From the human T2T-CHM13v2.0 reference genome, Homo sapiens, in the NCBI RefSeq assembly GCF_009914755.1, contig NC_060938.1: a stretch of 64,000 bases of DNA. One strand, written 5' to 3'. This document shows positions 40,863 to 56,929 of the stretch, one piece after another. The notes under the pieces were generated by a model. The model had not been told where the DNA came from. It worked only from the letters and a program-made list of their open reading frames with translations, and searched no databases. The translations under genes and the position numbers were made by a program. The first letter of the stretch is position 1, and each line of letters opens with the position of its first letter.

Positions 40863-42002
40863 TGTCACCAAATGTCAAGGCTTCCCATCTGGTCTTAATT
40901 CCTGAGAATACCGACTAACCATGTGACTCTGAAGCTGAGCAGAAACAACTCAGCAGGTGACTCGGGAATAGGTGCTTCTTCAGACTTCACCTGTGAACAC
41001 AGAAAATGATCTTCTGTCTGCAGGGGTCAGGGGCTCATTGTGAGACAATTTCCGAGGCTGCCTCTGTGTTGATTACTGCCTGTTTGCCTCTCTAATGGCA
41101 TATAAAGGAATATGAAAACTCAGAAGGAAAAAAATAGCAACTTCTCTGGGAATCTTCATGGCCCATTACTAACCTTCCTCAAATTTACTGTATATTTCTA
41201 ATTGAACACATCAGTTCAATTTGATAATGGAAATGTACTATGACGCTAACAAATGCTTTCCAATCCGTCGCTACAGGTCTGTCATCATTTTCCTAGTGAA
41301 ACGACTTGCACTGAAGCAAATTATATCTCACTTCACCAAGTATACAATTTATATCGCTTGGTTATCTGTGTCATTTCTTTTCCTCTAAGAATAAACTCTG
41401 TGGAAAACAACAGCTATATAATCAAGTCAGCTGTAGAGAAGAATCATTTACTATATGTGTTATAATTCTGAGCAAATAAAGGAATGTAGGAAGACAGAAT
41501 TCATTTGACCTTCACACTTGACTATTCTTTGTGTGGACATGATAGTTGAGTGACTTAAGATTGCATCTTCAACTGCTCAGTCACATTGCAGCAATTATAG
41601 AAAAAGAACTGTAATCCACAGCTCCTGAGTGAATATTTACATATAAATATTATATATTATTTATTTCAAATTTTAGACACTTTTTAGACCATGCATGGAA
41701 GAATTATAGTTCTACAAAAGGTTGTACTCTATTTACTCCATTTATCTTTCATGCCATGCCCTTTTATTTTTATTAGCTTTTTTATGAAAGTTATTGCATG
41801 CACCTGATAAAAGATCTAAATCAGTAAGACATGTACAAAAGCAAAAATAAATAAAGAAATAAATAAAGCCTCTTATATCTCATTATTAGACCTGCCTTCC
41901 GGAGACTACCTATTTTAAATATTTAAAATTTTTCTTCTAATTATTTCCATACCTCTAAATAATAAATGCAGTATCTTCTATACTTGTTTCATTGACCCTA
42001 AA

Positions 42003-42225
42003 CTAGTGCTGCTTAAAGTGATCTATGAATCAGTGCTGGTCTGAATTGTTTATAATCAGTCAATGATGAGATAAGTATATAAAGTGAGACTAAGTCTTTG
42101 GAAATTTTTATAGCTATTTAACATTGCAGTCACATTTTAAGTACATTTTACAAAGTACTGGTCCATATGTTTAGAAATTGAAATAAGATAAAACTGGTCT
42201 TTATCACAGATAGTTTGAGAAGAAT
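42003..42225. mobile_element. hAT/Charlie-like non-autonomous DNA transposon remnant
   Basis: Termini resembling CAGTG.TTCTCAAA (TAGTGCTGCTTAAAGT...ACAGATAGTTTGAGAAG); family not certain. Confidence 0.4.
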
Positions 42226-42783
42226 CACTTTGAAAAAGTGTGATTTCTTTCCATCACAGATGAATAATTTCATTCCAGTTTTCTCTATCTTATTGTTTTC
42301 CTCCTTCTCCCAATTAATCTGGATATGTTAAATTATAGCACTGGCCACCTTTGTAATTTAGAATAGTGCCTGGCACACAGTATGGAGGATCTTAGATAAT
42401 CTATGTGACATTTATTAAAAACGTTAAGCTTTGATGGTCAAATTGTATGTTAAATGATACACATAAACACACATAACACCACTCATTCACTCTGACAGAA
42501 TCCCATTATGAACTCGGTGGATGTGAGAGCTTTTACGGCTCCCTTCACTTCTTTGTTCTCCTTATTCCTGGTGTTGTAGAAGTTTCGTTATGCATATTCT
42601 TTTGCATAATTATAGTTAACTCAGACACGCTTGGTTTACAGGTCATATAAAACAAAATTAATCAGCAATATGTGGAGTAATTTATAAACATTAACTGATA
42701 AATTCTAGGTTATAACCCATATCTCCTATAGCCTGTAACCCCATATCTTCAAACCTATACCCAAAGGAGAATTTAAGTGTTAA

Positions 42784-43127
<344 letters not shown>

Positions 43128-43482
43128 TCATGACACATAGGTTAGTTGCATCTTTATTATACACGACTTTGTTATACAACTTTTTGTATTTCCCTGGTGT
43201 TTATAGTTGTTTCTTCTTTATTCCTGAAAAAAGATACTTGTGCTTCTTTTCTTATTCTCACTATTTTCATGGCAATCTGTAACATGAACAAGTTACATGT
43301 CCTGATATTGTATATCTGATAAAGAAGATGATAAAGATACAAAAATATTTTAGAAATGACAGAAATTTATAAATGATTTTATAAATTTTATAATGTATCT
43401 AACTTTGAATATCAGAAACTGAATTCAAAATTGTTTTAGAGCTCTATCAGCTGTAAGTTATTTCTGGGGATCTGGGCTCCAG

Positions 43483-43635
43483 AGCAGCGGTTTTGAAAGG
43501 GCAGTCCATGGACCATGGACTTCTTATGTTCTCAGTGCAAAACGGCAGTTTAAGGGGGTAGAGCCTGGGAACTTCCATTTTTAACTAGCTCCTCTAATTA
43601 ACTGCTGGCATGCTAAAGTTAAAAAATGCCTGCTA
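43483..43635. mobile_element. MER5A-like MITE
   Basis: CAGCGGTTTTGAAAG..GTCCATGGACC...GGGTAGAGCCTGGGAA...GCATGCTAAAGTTT. Confidence 0.55.
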
Positions 43636-44659
43636 TAGATCTATAGCTAGGCCATGACAGGTTGTTTAAAATAAGCCATTATCAAAGAGGCTCTTTGGCA
43701 AAATTACTAGAAATCTCCTGCCTTACAAATATTCTTGCTTTGAGTAATAGCTAGTTTTTACATTTTCCATTTTTAAGCTCCACACCCCTGCGACCTACTT
43801 CTTAACTCACAGACTGAGTCTTGCTTGCAATTTTCTGGGGTTTTTAGCACTGTCTGGGATTCACCCTTATGACATACCACACACTGGAAACATGAGGGAT
43901 ATCTTGATCTATTTCTTGTTCTTGTTTCTAAAAATACAATGAAAGGAGGGCCATACTGGTAAATGATAAGGTGCAATTTTCCTTAGTTGTACCTGGTCAT
44001 CTAAAATTATGTTTAAGTGATACTGAGCTGCCCTTCCATAGATAAAGTAAATTTAAAGCGAATATTTAAAAATAGGTACACAAGTTCTTTCAAGGAACCG
44101 AGAAGGGTAACAGAATGAATGTGTTGACCTTTAAGCCTAATCCGGTATGAGATAAAGTTGGAGATGACAGCAAGACCATGTCTAATTACTGATGGGTAGC
44201 GAGGGATATACTGGAGGATAACAAATGACCACCGACACAGCCATAATGATGAAATGAAATATGGTAGAACATACAACACTGCCTTAGGATAGACTGAAAT
44301 GTTCCCACACTCTTTCCCCATGATGAGCTAGACTCTCCTTTTGTGCAACTGTTTGTAAATATATAATTCATGCTGGAATGTTTCATTTGTAGGCATGCAT
44401 TTTTATATAGTTATGTATGCATAACTATATATATGATGTATGTATGTACTCTGTTACATATTGCTTATAATGTATTTTATAACAATTTATTACTTAACTA
44501 TTGTAAGTTATACATAAATGCATTCAGTTATAATCTTTATACACAATTGTAGTTTTATATATATGAATGCTTACATTTATAAAAAACTAAATACATACAT
44601 ACAGATAGACAGAAGTAAAGACTATAAAGTGACTGGGAAACGGAAAATGATCAATATTT

Positions 44660-44835
44660 AAACTAATATAGACATGCCAATCACTGTGCTAAGCAGTTTC
44701 CAGAACAATCTCATTTAATACTTACAATAACCCAGTAAGGTAGGAATTAGCATCACCATATCAGAAAAGAAAACTGAGACCTAAGAGAACAAGTAACGTG
44801 GATGAGATCACCAAGATACTAAATGGTACAGCTTG
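44660..44835 (-). mobile_element. MIR
   Basis: ACTGTGCTAAGC..TCTCATTTAATACTTACAATAACCC..AAGGTAGG..AAACTGAGAC. Confidence 0.7.
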
Positions 44836-45004
44836 CAACTCAGTTCTTGATCACAGTGTGATCCTGTTTCCTAGTACTTTTAGAAATTATTAAAATTTGT
44901 GTTACTACTCTAGCTCTATGCCTGTGAAAGCATTTTAAAAATTTAATGTGACAGCATGGCTAAATACATTAGAAAGATAATCAAGAGGCTGTCAATATCC
45001 TGGA

Positions 45005-45228
45005 TAAGAGCATCTGCCTTGGAGCCAGCGGACAGGATTTGTACCCTGGCCCCACCTAGACAAGCTACTTAACCATCTATGCCTGCATTACCTAATCTTC
45101 AAAATGGAAACAATAATAAAACAATCCTTTGAGTAAATACTCAAAGGCTGGGTGATTAAACGAATTCACATATGAGTGTTTAGAATAGTGCCTGGCTACA
45201 GGGCAAATACTGTAAAAGTGTGAGCTAT
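45005..45228 (+). mobile_element. MIR
   Basis: TTGGAGCCAG..CAAGCTACTTAACC..AAAATGG..TTTAGAATAGTGCCTGGC. Confidence 0.65.
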
Positions 45229-45469
45229 TCATATTTGTTCATATTTTTTCTTTCAACATTTAATTAATTTTACTATCTCCATTTTACTGGAAACACCATT
45301 TGCTAAGTTTTCTTCAAATTTTCTCTTATTTTTCAAATCATACCTTATTTTGCACACAAAACATCTATTTTTATAAAGGACATCTGTTAATGCTTTTGTG
45401 ATTGTTTTTAGCCTATCATCTTTTCCCTGCAGGAACTTCCTTCTTCCACCTGGAGGTTGTCATCATCAT

Positions 45470-45846
45470 CCATATGGCCAGTCAGAGCCAGGCTCCTGGG
45501 GCTGCCGAATGATTGTTCCCTGGGTGTTAAGGGAGTTAACCATAGCCAATCAGTGCCCCTTCCAGAGACCCTACAGCTATGGAGAGATGATCCCTTTTCC
45601 ATTCTGATTCATGGACAATAAGTAGCACATAAGCTTGGAGCTGCTAGGGTATCATTGCTTTAAGAAGTCATCTTAAAGTAAAGCAGAGCTGAGAGATGGC
45701 GAAACAATAACACTTGAGCTTTAAGATCTAGCTGAATCAGAGGTTTACCTTTTGGACTTCCCAGTTGTGTGAGCCAATAAAGTATCTTATTTGCCTAAGT
45801 TACAGATAGGTTTCTGTTATTTAAACACAAGAGTCCTGTTAATTCA
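45470..45846 (+). mobile_element. Old MLT1 (J/K/L-like) LTR fragment
   Basis: 3' end TTTTGGACTTCCCAGTTGTGTGAGCCAATAAA..GGTTTCTGTTATT..AAGAGTCCTG. Confidence 0.6.
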
Positions 45847-46489
45847 TTGATAAAGTATTAGCAGGCATATATGCAGAATGCCAGCACTCAGCTTACTAAA
45901 TCATCTTAGCAGGAATAATTAATGAGTAAAATATTTCTATAGGTTCCTAAATATCAAGCCATAAGAAATAAGCACCCTTTTGGTATACAACAATGTATAG
46001 TGTAAAGAATGGAGACAAATTGTAAATGATTTCCAGTCTAAGCCCTTGATTTCAAGATCATGAAACCTCTCTGGGTTCTCTCTAATGCAGAGACGAAAGC
46101 AAATCACTTACCAGAGGATTGCTGTGAGGATCAAGCAGTGCAATGACTACTCAAGCACCCCAAGATATAGGTATTATATTGTATCAAGTCAACATCTACA
46201 CTAACAGAAAAAATACATAATAAAGAAATTTGTAATTCTGACACATCTATGCATGTTATTAAGATTGTAACTTATAACATTTTCTTTTGCTTTTTCATGC
46301 CAGGAAAAAAAAATACATTACAACTAGCAATATGTCCAAAGAACACTAAGGAATCCTGCACATCGTTTTTAAAATGATACGATCGATCTTTGGTTACCAG
46401 CCAGGGCAAGTGCTTGGTGTTCTGCTGTCCTCCTTCTGATGCAAATTCTTGGCTCACCCCACGCCTGCCTTTATAGATGCCTTTCATAA

Positions 46490-46625
46490 CCTTTATCTCA
46501 TTCAATCTTTGTAAAACCTCATTATGTAGGTGGGAATCATTTCCCATTTTACAGATGAGGAACTGAAGCCCAAAGAAGGTAAGTGATGACTCCTCGGAAT
46601 GGCAGATAGGACTCTCTATCTCAAA
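46490..46625 (-). mobile_element. MIR core
   Basis: CCCATTTTACAGATGAGGAACTGAAGCCCAAAGAAGGTAAGTGA. Confidence 0.75.
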
Positions 46626-48459
46626 CTACTTGACTGTTGACATTTTATCTTTGTCAAAATCATGGAGGTGCTTGGGTTTTTATTTCCCTGGATCTGGATT
46701 CTTAGTGTTTCTGGTGTGGTTTAAAGTATCCTAGACTAAAAATTGATCTAATATCAGCTGTGACCACCCTGTGCCAGATACGATTAATAGTTGTGCTGGT
46801 GTGTTTGTCAGGTCCTACAAGCTTAAAATTAAAACTATTTGGTCTTAACTCCATTAAAACTTCTAATGATGGAATTATTTCTTCTCAATAAGATAATGGG
46901 ATAGAACCTGGGCCAGTAACTACTTTTGTGACACCTTAACTGATATCATGATGTAATTTAACTAACTTTTCTCTATATTCAAGCATGAGTTCTGTTCATA
47001 CATCAGCAGCTAGGTAACTTTTTTTTTTTTTTGCCATCCAGAGCTTTAGTTCGCAAACAGTAAAATGCCTGTGCCTCAAAGGCAAGAGTGAGCCATAAGG
47101 AGGTACTGAGTCATTTGGAAAAGTGAGGGTTCTATCTCCCATCTGAGCTGGTCTCCATATCACTTCATCTGAGTGGTAGGAAATTTTTAGTGCTTAGACA
47201 TTTCTATAGCCAAGTAAAATGTGTACTTCCTAGTCAAATATAAATGCCTTTTGAATTATCCTGTATAATTCCCTCTTGCTAAAATGCTATGTCTCTTTCT
47301 TTCCATTCTTCACTGACTGGCCTAAATTCTATCTCCTCTGAAAGTGGAGTCCTAACTGGTAAAGTCCAAAGTGATTCTCCTTCCCCTGAACTTGGAGGCC
47401 CTGGTTTTCCACCTAGGTAACAATTAAAGGAAATATATTATCATTTTATCCAACATCACATAACTCGTCTCCCCAACTAACATTAAAGTTCTTTGAAGCA
47501 CATCTGATGTTCTGTCCTCTACTTTTGTATTACCTACTGTGTATGTATATTGTGATTTCCCAACAAGTGTTTCCTGAGCCTTTGCTATCTAGTCCTCCGG
47601 TGTCTATTACTAGTGATAATTAAAAGTTCATAATTTATAACTATTCATTTCTGGCATGAATAGGTTTTGTCTTAATAGGCTATAGTTACATAGCAAGTCA
47701 AATTTTCATGAAAGCAGAGATGGGGCATCATTTGTTCCACTACTCCTAGAAAAAGGATTTAAAGACATGAAGGTTGTTTCCCCACACCCAATTCCTGTGT
47801 AACAGGAAAGTGTTTGATTGGCTTCAGTGGTATTACGGATTTGCATTCTGATAACAGGATCAAGTTATTTTACTGGATTTCTAGATGAGCAATATCAAGC
47901 ATAATGGTTAGCTGTATTTAGATGTAATGTTTCCTAACAAGGGTACTGGTCACAAGGTTATTTGATAATTCTCTCTGTCTCCTGGGAAAGAAACTTAATT
48001 ACACTTTACTTTTCATCTTTGTTGAATTATGAAAAATATTTAATTATTCCTTTGGCACACATGATAGCTCTTTTGTAGGCCACAGGTTCCTTTAAGATAT
48101 ATCCATCCACCTATGATTTACAACTAATTAGAGGATGTTAAAGGTTGTTGCTAATGGTAACTTAAAGCTCTGATAATGGATAGCTCTTGTCATTTAATAC
48201 CAATAGCAGTCTAATAACTTAATTTCTCCTAAGCGGTTTGTACATTCTTTTCTCATTTCTATACCAACATATGCAGTAACAGGCATCACATAAGAGATGT
48301 TTACAAATGTACTAGCCTTTTCACATGGTGAACATCTGAACAAACAGAATGAACCTAGAACTAGATATTGCCTGTAAACTAGAAAAGACGTAGGGCTAGT
48401 ACTGAAAAAAAGTATGTTCAGACTACCTGGGTAAGAATTATGCCCCTGCTACTTACTAG

Positions 48460-48722
<263 letters not shown>

Positions 48723-49484
48723 CACTTGAAATATAGCCATCATAGTAACACCTATCTTATAGAATTTTTATGAGAATTAAATACACTCCAATGTATGTTA
48801 AAGGAGGAACTCCTTTCCGAAGTACTGAATGAGTCACTTTCTCTGCCCTGTCAGCCCCTGCAATTTCTTTTAAACAATCTTTTGTCCTTTAAGAGGAAGG
48901 AAATATTTATTAAGAATATAACTCTAAACAATGCAACACTGTCAAGGTAATCTATTCTAAAGAAATCATCAGAGATATATATAGGAATGATACATCAGGA
49001 TGTTCTAATACTAAACATAGAGAAATAACCTAAAAATTCCAGGGGAATGGCCAAGTAAAATATTATACATATTTTAATGCCACACAAAGAAAACCAGTAG
49101 ACAAAGAACTTGGTATACTAACATATGTTATATGATCATTAAAATATCAATGTCATAACATTCTTGTGTTGATAATAGTTTAAAAGTTTTTAACACAGAA
49201 CTAGGCACATATAAGTAAGCCCTTACTAATAATTCATTATTACTATTATATTAAGGTATAAGTATTTATAAGTTCTAATGAAATGTACCAAAATACATTC
49301 TCTCTGGTTGTTCACTTACTTCTTAATATATATAACCCAATTTCTGTTATGTGTATGTGTCCCACCCAAATTAATTCGTGTCTTTGTGTCTCCACTCTGG
49401 TGGGCACTTTACAATGAGCATGTATTAAGTTAATAATTTACAATTAAATTAATTTAAATTAATAACATAAACAAATAAGGATTA

Positions 49485-49817
<333 letters not shown>

Positions 49818-50019
49818 TCACAATTGTGTGTCTGTGTGTCTTAGTTCAGATTCACCAGATACAACCATAATATTTTAAATACTTTACCTTTACATTAAAT
49901 GATATGGATTTCTTAAAGTAATAGCTATTTTCCATTTTAGGTATTTGAAGACAGTGGTTTATGTAGTGATACAAAAGTATGTTTTCATTCATAAAAATAT
50001 CATCTAAACAGTCTCCCTT

Positions 50020-50420
<401 letters not shown>

Positions 50421-50965
50421 TCAGAAGTGGGTAATATTGTATACAAGGCAGGAAAGCGTTATGCAAATCTGGGAAGTGATGACCTTCACTCAAGCGCTTA
50501 TTATGAGAAGAAGATGAAGGATAAGTACAGAGATGTGTCATGTCATCCACAATAATCCTCAAAATTAGCTCTGCACTGGCACATATATAGGCAGGACCGG
50601 AAGGTGTTAGGGAAGCAAGGCAGGACAGTCACATCAGTCAAGTCACTTCAGACCTATAATTCCCTGCGGAGATAGCTGGTTTCCCACTCTCTAAGTTGAG
50701 GAAAGGAAAAAAGTTTTGCCCTTGTCCTTGAGAACAACAGTGAGGTTTAATATCTTGCCCATTAATGAGCAGGTAACATCTCTGGGACTCTCAAGTGTTG
50801 TCACTCTCAGGCCACTTCCGGAAAAGCCAAAAGGCAGAATGAGAAGGCACTTTTGTGTATAATTAAGGCATGCTTCACCAAAAGGCCAGAGTAACAAGGC
50901 CATAGTCCCAAAGTAACAAATGAATAAAAATGGATAGAAAACACTTGAAACAAATAAAGGTTTTA

Positions 50966-51175
<210 letters not shown>

Positions 51176-51621
51176 TCATTCCAGTTTATTAATTTCAAAA
51201 TGTCTTCTACCAGTTAAAAGGCCAAGAAAAAAAACTGACAATGGACATTCAAATTTCTTTATGTTAAAGACACTGAAATGAGCTAGATTAACATAGGTTT
51301 CTAAAGAAATTTCAATGAAAAAATTACCATATGATGGTATTCATACAGCGGCCAAGACAGATGTAGATAAAAGACCTATATCTAACAGGGACACCCATTC
51401 TTAAATATTCTCAAAGAACCAAAACTAAACCAATGTACATTTTAAAATTTCATGAAAAGTTTGAATACATGGACCTGCAAACATGTTACTAATTTGGTAC
51501 ACTGTGGACTCTGATTAATATAGATATAAATCACATAATACAATAAAGCCACTACAACCTTTTCTAGTGTAGTTTAGACTGGAGGTAGGGACTAAACAAC
51601 AAGGCTAGAAAGCTGTAGTTA

Positions 51622-51843
<222 letters not shown>

Positions 51844-52452
51844 CTATTAAAGATAAATAAAGCACTTGAAGAAAATGAGTTTTTTGATACTGTTTGGCAA
51901 GCTCGCTGATTATACAAAACTGTTCAAGCTTAGAGCTATAGAGAAACCCACACTTAAGATTTTTAACACCTCTACATTCCACATGTGCTGCCTTATATTT
52001 TTGAAATTCTAATGTCTCCAAAAAATACATCTTTACTTTCTATGCGTAGTGAAATTATTTCTATGTGAAAAAAATCCAAGTTCTAGCACAGTGAATTGCT
52101 AATTAGGTTTTAATTAGAATACCATATTGAGAAATCTATAATTTCTTAGGATCATCCCCAATATTAAACATATTGTCCTAACTAAGCATACTAGGCTATT
52201 TATATACAATTGGTAGAAATCTAATGTAGTAAAGATGAAATTCATACATGTAGTGCATCGGGCCATGCACTGATTAAGTACCTTAGTCAAAACCTTTTAG
52301 AAATGCTTTGCTACTGGTACTGGAGGCTGCAGTTTTTGACAGAAACTCTTATACTAAGTGAAGATCATAAAAATAGCAACAAAAAAAAAGTGAGCCTGTG
52401 CTTTGTCTACAATACCATCCTACCTGCTTGGTTTTCAAGCACGCAATAAATA

Positions 52453-52740
52453 TAGCTAATCCTTGAGAAACACAAATTTGAACTGTGTGGGTCCACTTAC
52501 ATGTGGATATTTTTCGATAAGTACAGTTGGCCCTTGGTATCTGTGGGTTCTGCATCCACAACCAAGTGAGTATTGAAAATACCGTGTTCACCGGATCCAA
52601 AAACCTGAGGATGAGGAGGACCAACTTTTCCTAGAGGGAAGTTCTGCAGAGCCAAATGTGGGATGTAAGTATGCGTGGATTTTGATATGTGGTGCGGTGG
52701 TTCTGGAACAAATCCCATGCGGATACCAAGGGACTGCTGT
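52453..52740. mobile_element. Tigger-derived MITE (MER2/MER8 group)
   Basis: CCTTGA..AACAC..TTTGAACTGTGTGGGTCCACTTA; internal CAGTTGGCCCTTGGTATC pairs with terminal GATACCAAGGGACTGCTG. Confidence 0.75.
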
Positions 52741-54453
52741 CTTTCCACAATAAAGTAATGACTAGTAATGGTAAGCAGCATTTTGCTTGACACATTAATT
52801 GCCACATGTCAAGTAAAATTACGCTTAGCATTAGACGATCTCTTGTAATAATGCTTAAATCTGAACGTTCTTCTGGGTCATCAACAAATGCCTTTGATCA
52901 TTTGACCTTTACCTTTTTTCTCTGCACAACAACAAATCCTAACATTAAAAAAAAATTATATATTCCACTTATATCCCAATGAGCAAGAGAAGAAAAATCA
53001 TCATGAACAAAAACCACCTAAACAAAAAAAGCAGGAACTAACTTAAATGTGCTAACAGCTGAAGAGAGAAAAAAATTAAATGCTTCTTTATTTTAGAAAA
53101 AAAAATCTCAGTGATAAAATTGTACGTAAAATGAAATTTAAAACCTCAAATGGCTCACTGCTCAGAAACCTCACAGATGGATGCTGGGTGGTGAGCAGCA
53201 GAAGGGGTTGTGGGTGAGTCTACATTGTTGTAGTTGTCCTCTCACTACCCATTTGCAAGGAAAGCCTGGCATCAACTGGATATAGAACCAGGAGCTCTGA
53301 TGATGATAACTCATTTCTTAGAGAGTCCTTTTTCTACTTTGCCTGTTTTGATCTCTGCCTCAGGCATCTGATGGGTCTCTTTGATTCTGATGCCTTGGGT
53401 CAAATCATACAGCATAATGGAGTCATGGAATTGCAAGTTTATTATGAATGTGATCTGAGCAGACGCCTACACATCTACCCAATAGCCTTTAACCTCTAAA
53501 GGGCTAGAGTCATTGTTCTTCAAACCGTTGCACTGTTAACTGGTCAAGTCTGGCAACTTCGAATAGACCTCACCTCCCACGTTGCTCTCTCCTGGTCAGA
53601 GCTGAAGCACATGGAGATAGTTGGGGTTCACAAAGCTCATATTATCAACCCTCTTACTTTACTTTTCCTGATTACTTGCAAATAAGAGCAGATAGCCAGA
53701 TGGCTTTGAGTATTATGGGAGGGCCAGAGGCTAAGGAGGCGACTAATATGACGACATACACTTGTTTGATAGGCACTATGGAACATGTGATAGTATTGTT
53801 CATACTTGAACTTGTGTCCCAGGCTGTCTCATTTCCTTTTCCTTACATGCCTTTCCCTGTTAGAGAAGCCAGACTGACTGCACAGACCACTGGCCTCTGA
53901 AGTGTCAAAGGTCTCAGCTGTTCTCTTTTAATCAATAATCACAGCACGAGCTTTAAGGATTACATGAGTTCGGCTAGAGTTCTGATTCTCCTAGGACAAG
54001 TCCACTATGATATGTGCAAAGTACACGTTCCTCTTTGAGCATCTTCATTGATTCTTTTATTTTTCTATTTAATATAACTGTAAGCACTTAAGCAGTGTTC
54101 TGGGGAGTCTGGCTTCCTTAAATGGCTAAGCTTTGCAGTACGGGTGGGAAGCAGAAGCAATGAATCAGAAAGGAGCAGAGCAACAGAAGTAGACAGGAAG
54201 GGTAGGTGTCCTCTGTGTGTAGGCAGACGAAAAACTAGTAGGAACAAGAGATAAGCGTTAAGGGAGAGTGACCTCGGGGGCCCAGGGAGGGCAGGGGTCA
54301 CGGGAGTAGTATTGGAGCTGCACAGCCTGCTGCTTCTGCTGATCTTAGATTCTGAAAGTTGGAGAAGAGGGGAGAGACGCAATGACTGGGGAGTCCTCCT
54401 ACCTAAATTATCTGAATGATATGAATCCTTATGTGCCTCTACCTGTATTCCTC

Positions 54454-54754
<301 letters not shown>

Positions 54755-56929
54755 AGTACATGAGTTCTTAGAGGTACTAAAGTCCTTCACTCAATTTATT
54801 CCTTTTTCCTACTCCACAACATGACCTGAGGTGCCCCTGTACAGAGGGTAGAACTTTAATACATGTTTATTTCCAGAATTGGGGTATTCACAGAATGTTC
54901 TAAATCAAAAGTAAGTGACAGATTAATGACAGTGTTCATTGTCAACTATTTTGTGCCATGTTCACCGTCAGCTCTGAAGAGCTCTACAAATGTTCTCTAA
55001 TAGCATCTTGATGTAAAGGATAAGGGAACATTTTGTTATTTCCCAATTTGGGCTTTGAATGTGGTTAGATATACAAATTTTTAAAAATACATGTTCAATG
55101 AAAGCATCAGACTCAAGGCTAAGTATACACAACTGATAAAAAGAAGTCTTAGAAGTTTAAATTCATTTCACTTGGCCCTTGCTCTTTTATGAGCATATTT
55201 ACACTTTACAGTTTTCCCAAAGTACATATTGAATGACAGCTGAAAAATCTTCTCAGTAGCGAAGTGATTTTGCTTTATCTGAATAGTTGATATACAACAA
55301 GTTTATTTTAACATTTATTGTATATGGTTGAGACAAGGCCATCATAGATACTTACTTAGGAACTGTATTTTTTCTTGCATTGAAACAAATGGCCAAACTT
55401 GTTTTTATATTTGATAGTAACAAAAGAAAACAAAACAGACTACATAGATCATGCCTTATTTAGTCAAACTTCTTATACTGCACTGATAAGAATATGCCGT
55501 TAGCCTAGAGAATATATTAGAAGACTGGAAATAAGAAAAAAGTTCCAGCTATTATTTCTCCATTTTCATGTGTAATTATTATTTTTTAATACCTTAAGTA
55601 CAATTTTAAAATAAGTTCAACCAAGGTGGTCCATGTGACTTTTCATGAACAGTTTTAATTTTTCATATAAAATATGAAATAGCCTTTAAACCATTTCCTC
55701 CTAATGTCCAAAGTAACAGAATTATTAATAATTTTAAAATGGCAAGAAGACTGCAACATCAATCATGGCATAGTAGTGTGCAAAAAGAGTTTTGCCCAAC
55801 TTCTCAGGCTTTCCACAGAAATGCAGATAAATTTCATGGCAGAGCAAGCTACTACAGGACTCTCTGGCCATCTGTCTGTTGCATTTAAGCAATTTAATTT
55901 TCAGGAAATGAAACATTTGGCCAAGTACAGGAAAAAATAGTGTCCATTCACACATAACAGATTGATGACATATTCACGGGGTGAATATAAGTTGTTTCGA
56001 TGCCTGGGAGGAAATATCGTTTGTAGATCAAGACAAAAACTCTCCTGACCCAAGTTGCCTAGAAAATGTGTATATAATCAATGGAAATTAGTCACTAGAA
56101 TCAAAAGCTTTTATAAAAGTAATATCTCAAGAAAATAAAGAATTGACTAATTCTAATTTTTTTGTTTTTACGTAATTCTCATTTACATTTTTTGATTTGT
56201 GTTAAAGGATATTCTTTAATATTGGTATCTAAGTACTAATATTCTTTAAGTCTAACATTGTTGCTTTATTGTAAATCTAGAGTTTATAATTTATTCCATA
56301 TATGTAGTTTCCACCTTCTACCTTTAGGATTATTCTACTCAAACATATGAGAGGTAGGAAAGAGGAGAATTAGATTCAACCTATCTTTGCAATAGGTCTT
56401 TAGGAGCAGTGCAGTCTTAATATGGGGACCTCTGACTAATTTTCTGTCAAAGAACAAACTGATTTAGTTCATAATGAGATAGAAAAACTAAATATAAAAG
56501 TGATGAGCCTAGGATCTAAATTCTAAATGGTATGCAGATCAGAAGGAAGAATATTCCATCACACAATGGAATGGGTGGGGGGCATGAGGTACAGTACTGC
56601 AGCAGTGGCCTTGTCGACTCTCATTCCTGCCAGTTTGCCAGGGTCAAGAGAAGAGCACACCTTCTTATCCATTTTCTAATTACTGTCTCTTATAATTTAT
56701 GCTTCATGTCAAGGTCTTAGAAATCACAATCCTTAAACGCCTTATTAAAGGGAAACAGACTATACTTACCTGATAGAGAATAAAAAGTCATCTTGCAGAG
56801 AACAGACAATTATAAAAGTATTTGTTAAAGATAATACCCAAATTGATATGATAAGATCTCCTAAATTCCACAATCTTATATTCAATTGTCTTTGGGGTAT
56901 GTTCATTTAAATGGAAGAGGTCCAACAAT

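Noticed and set aside
49314-49322. Alternative donor GAA|GTAAGT ~200 nt past exon 16
   Set aside because: Isolated motif with no support; the extension would hit a stop at 49482; expected by chance
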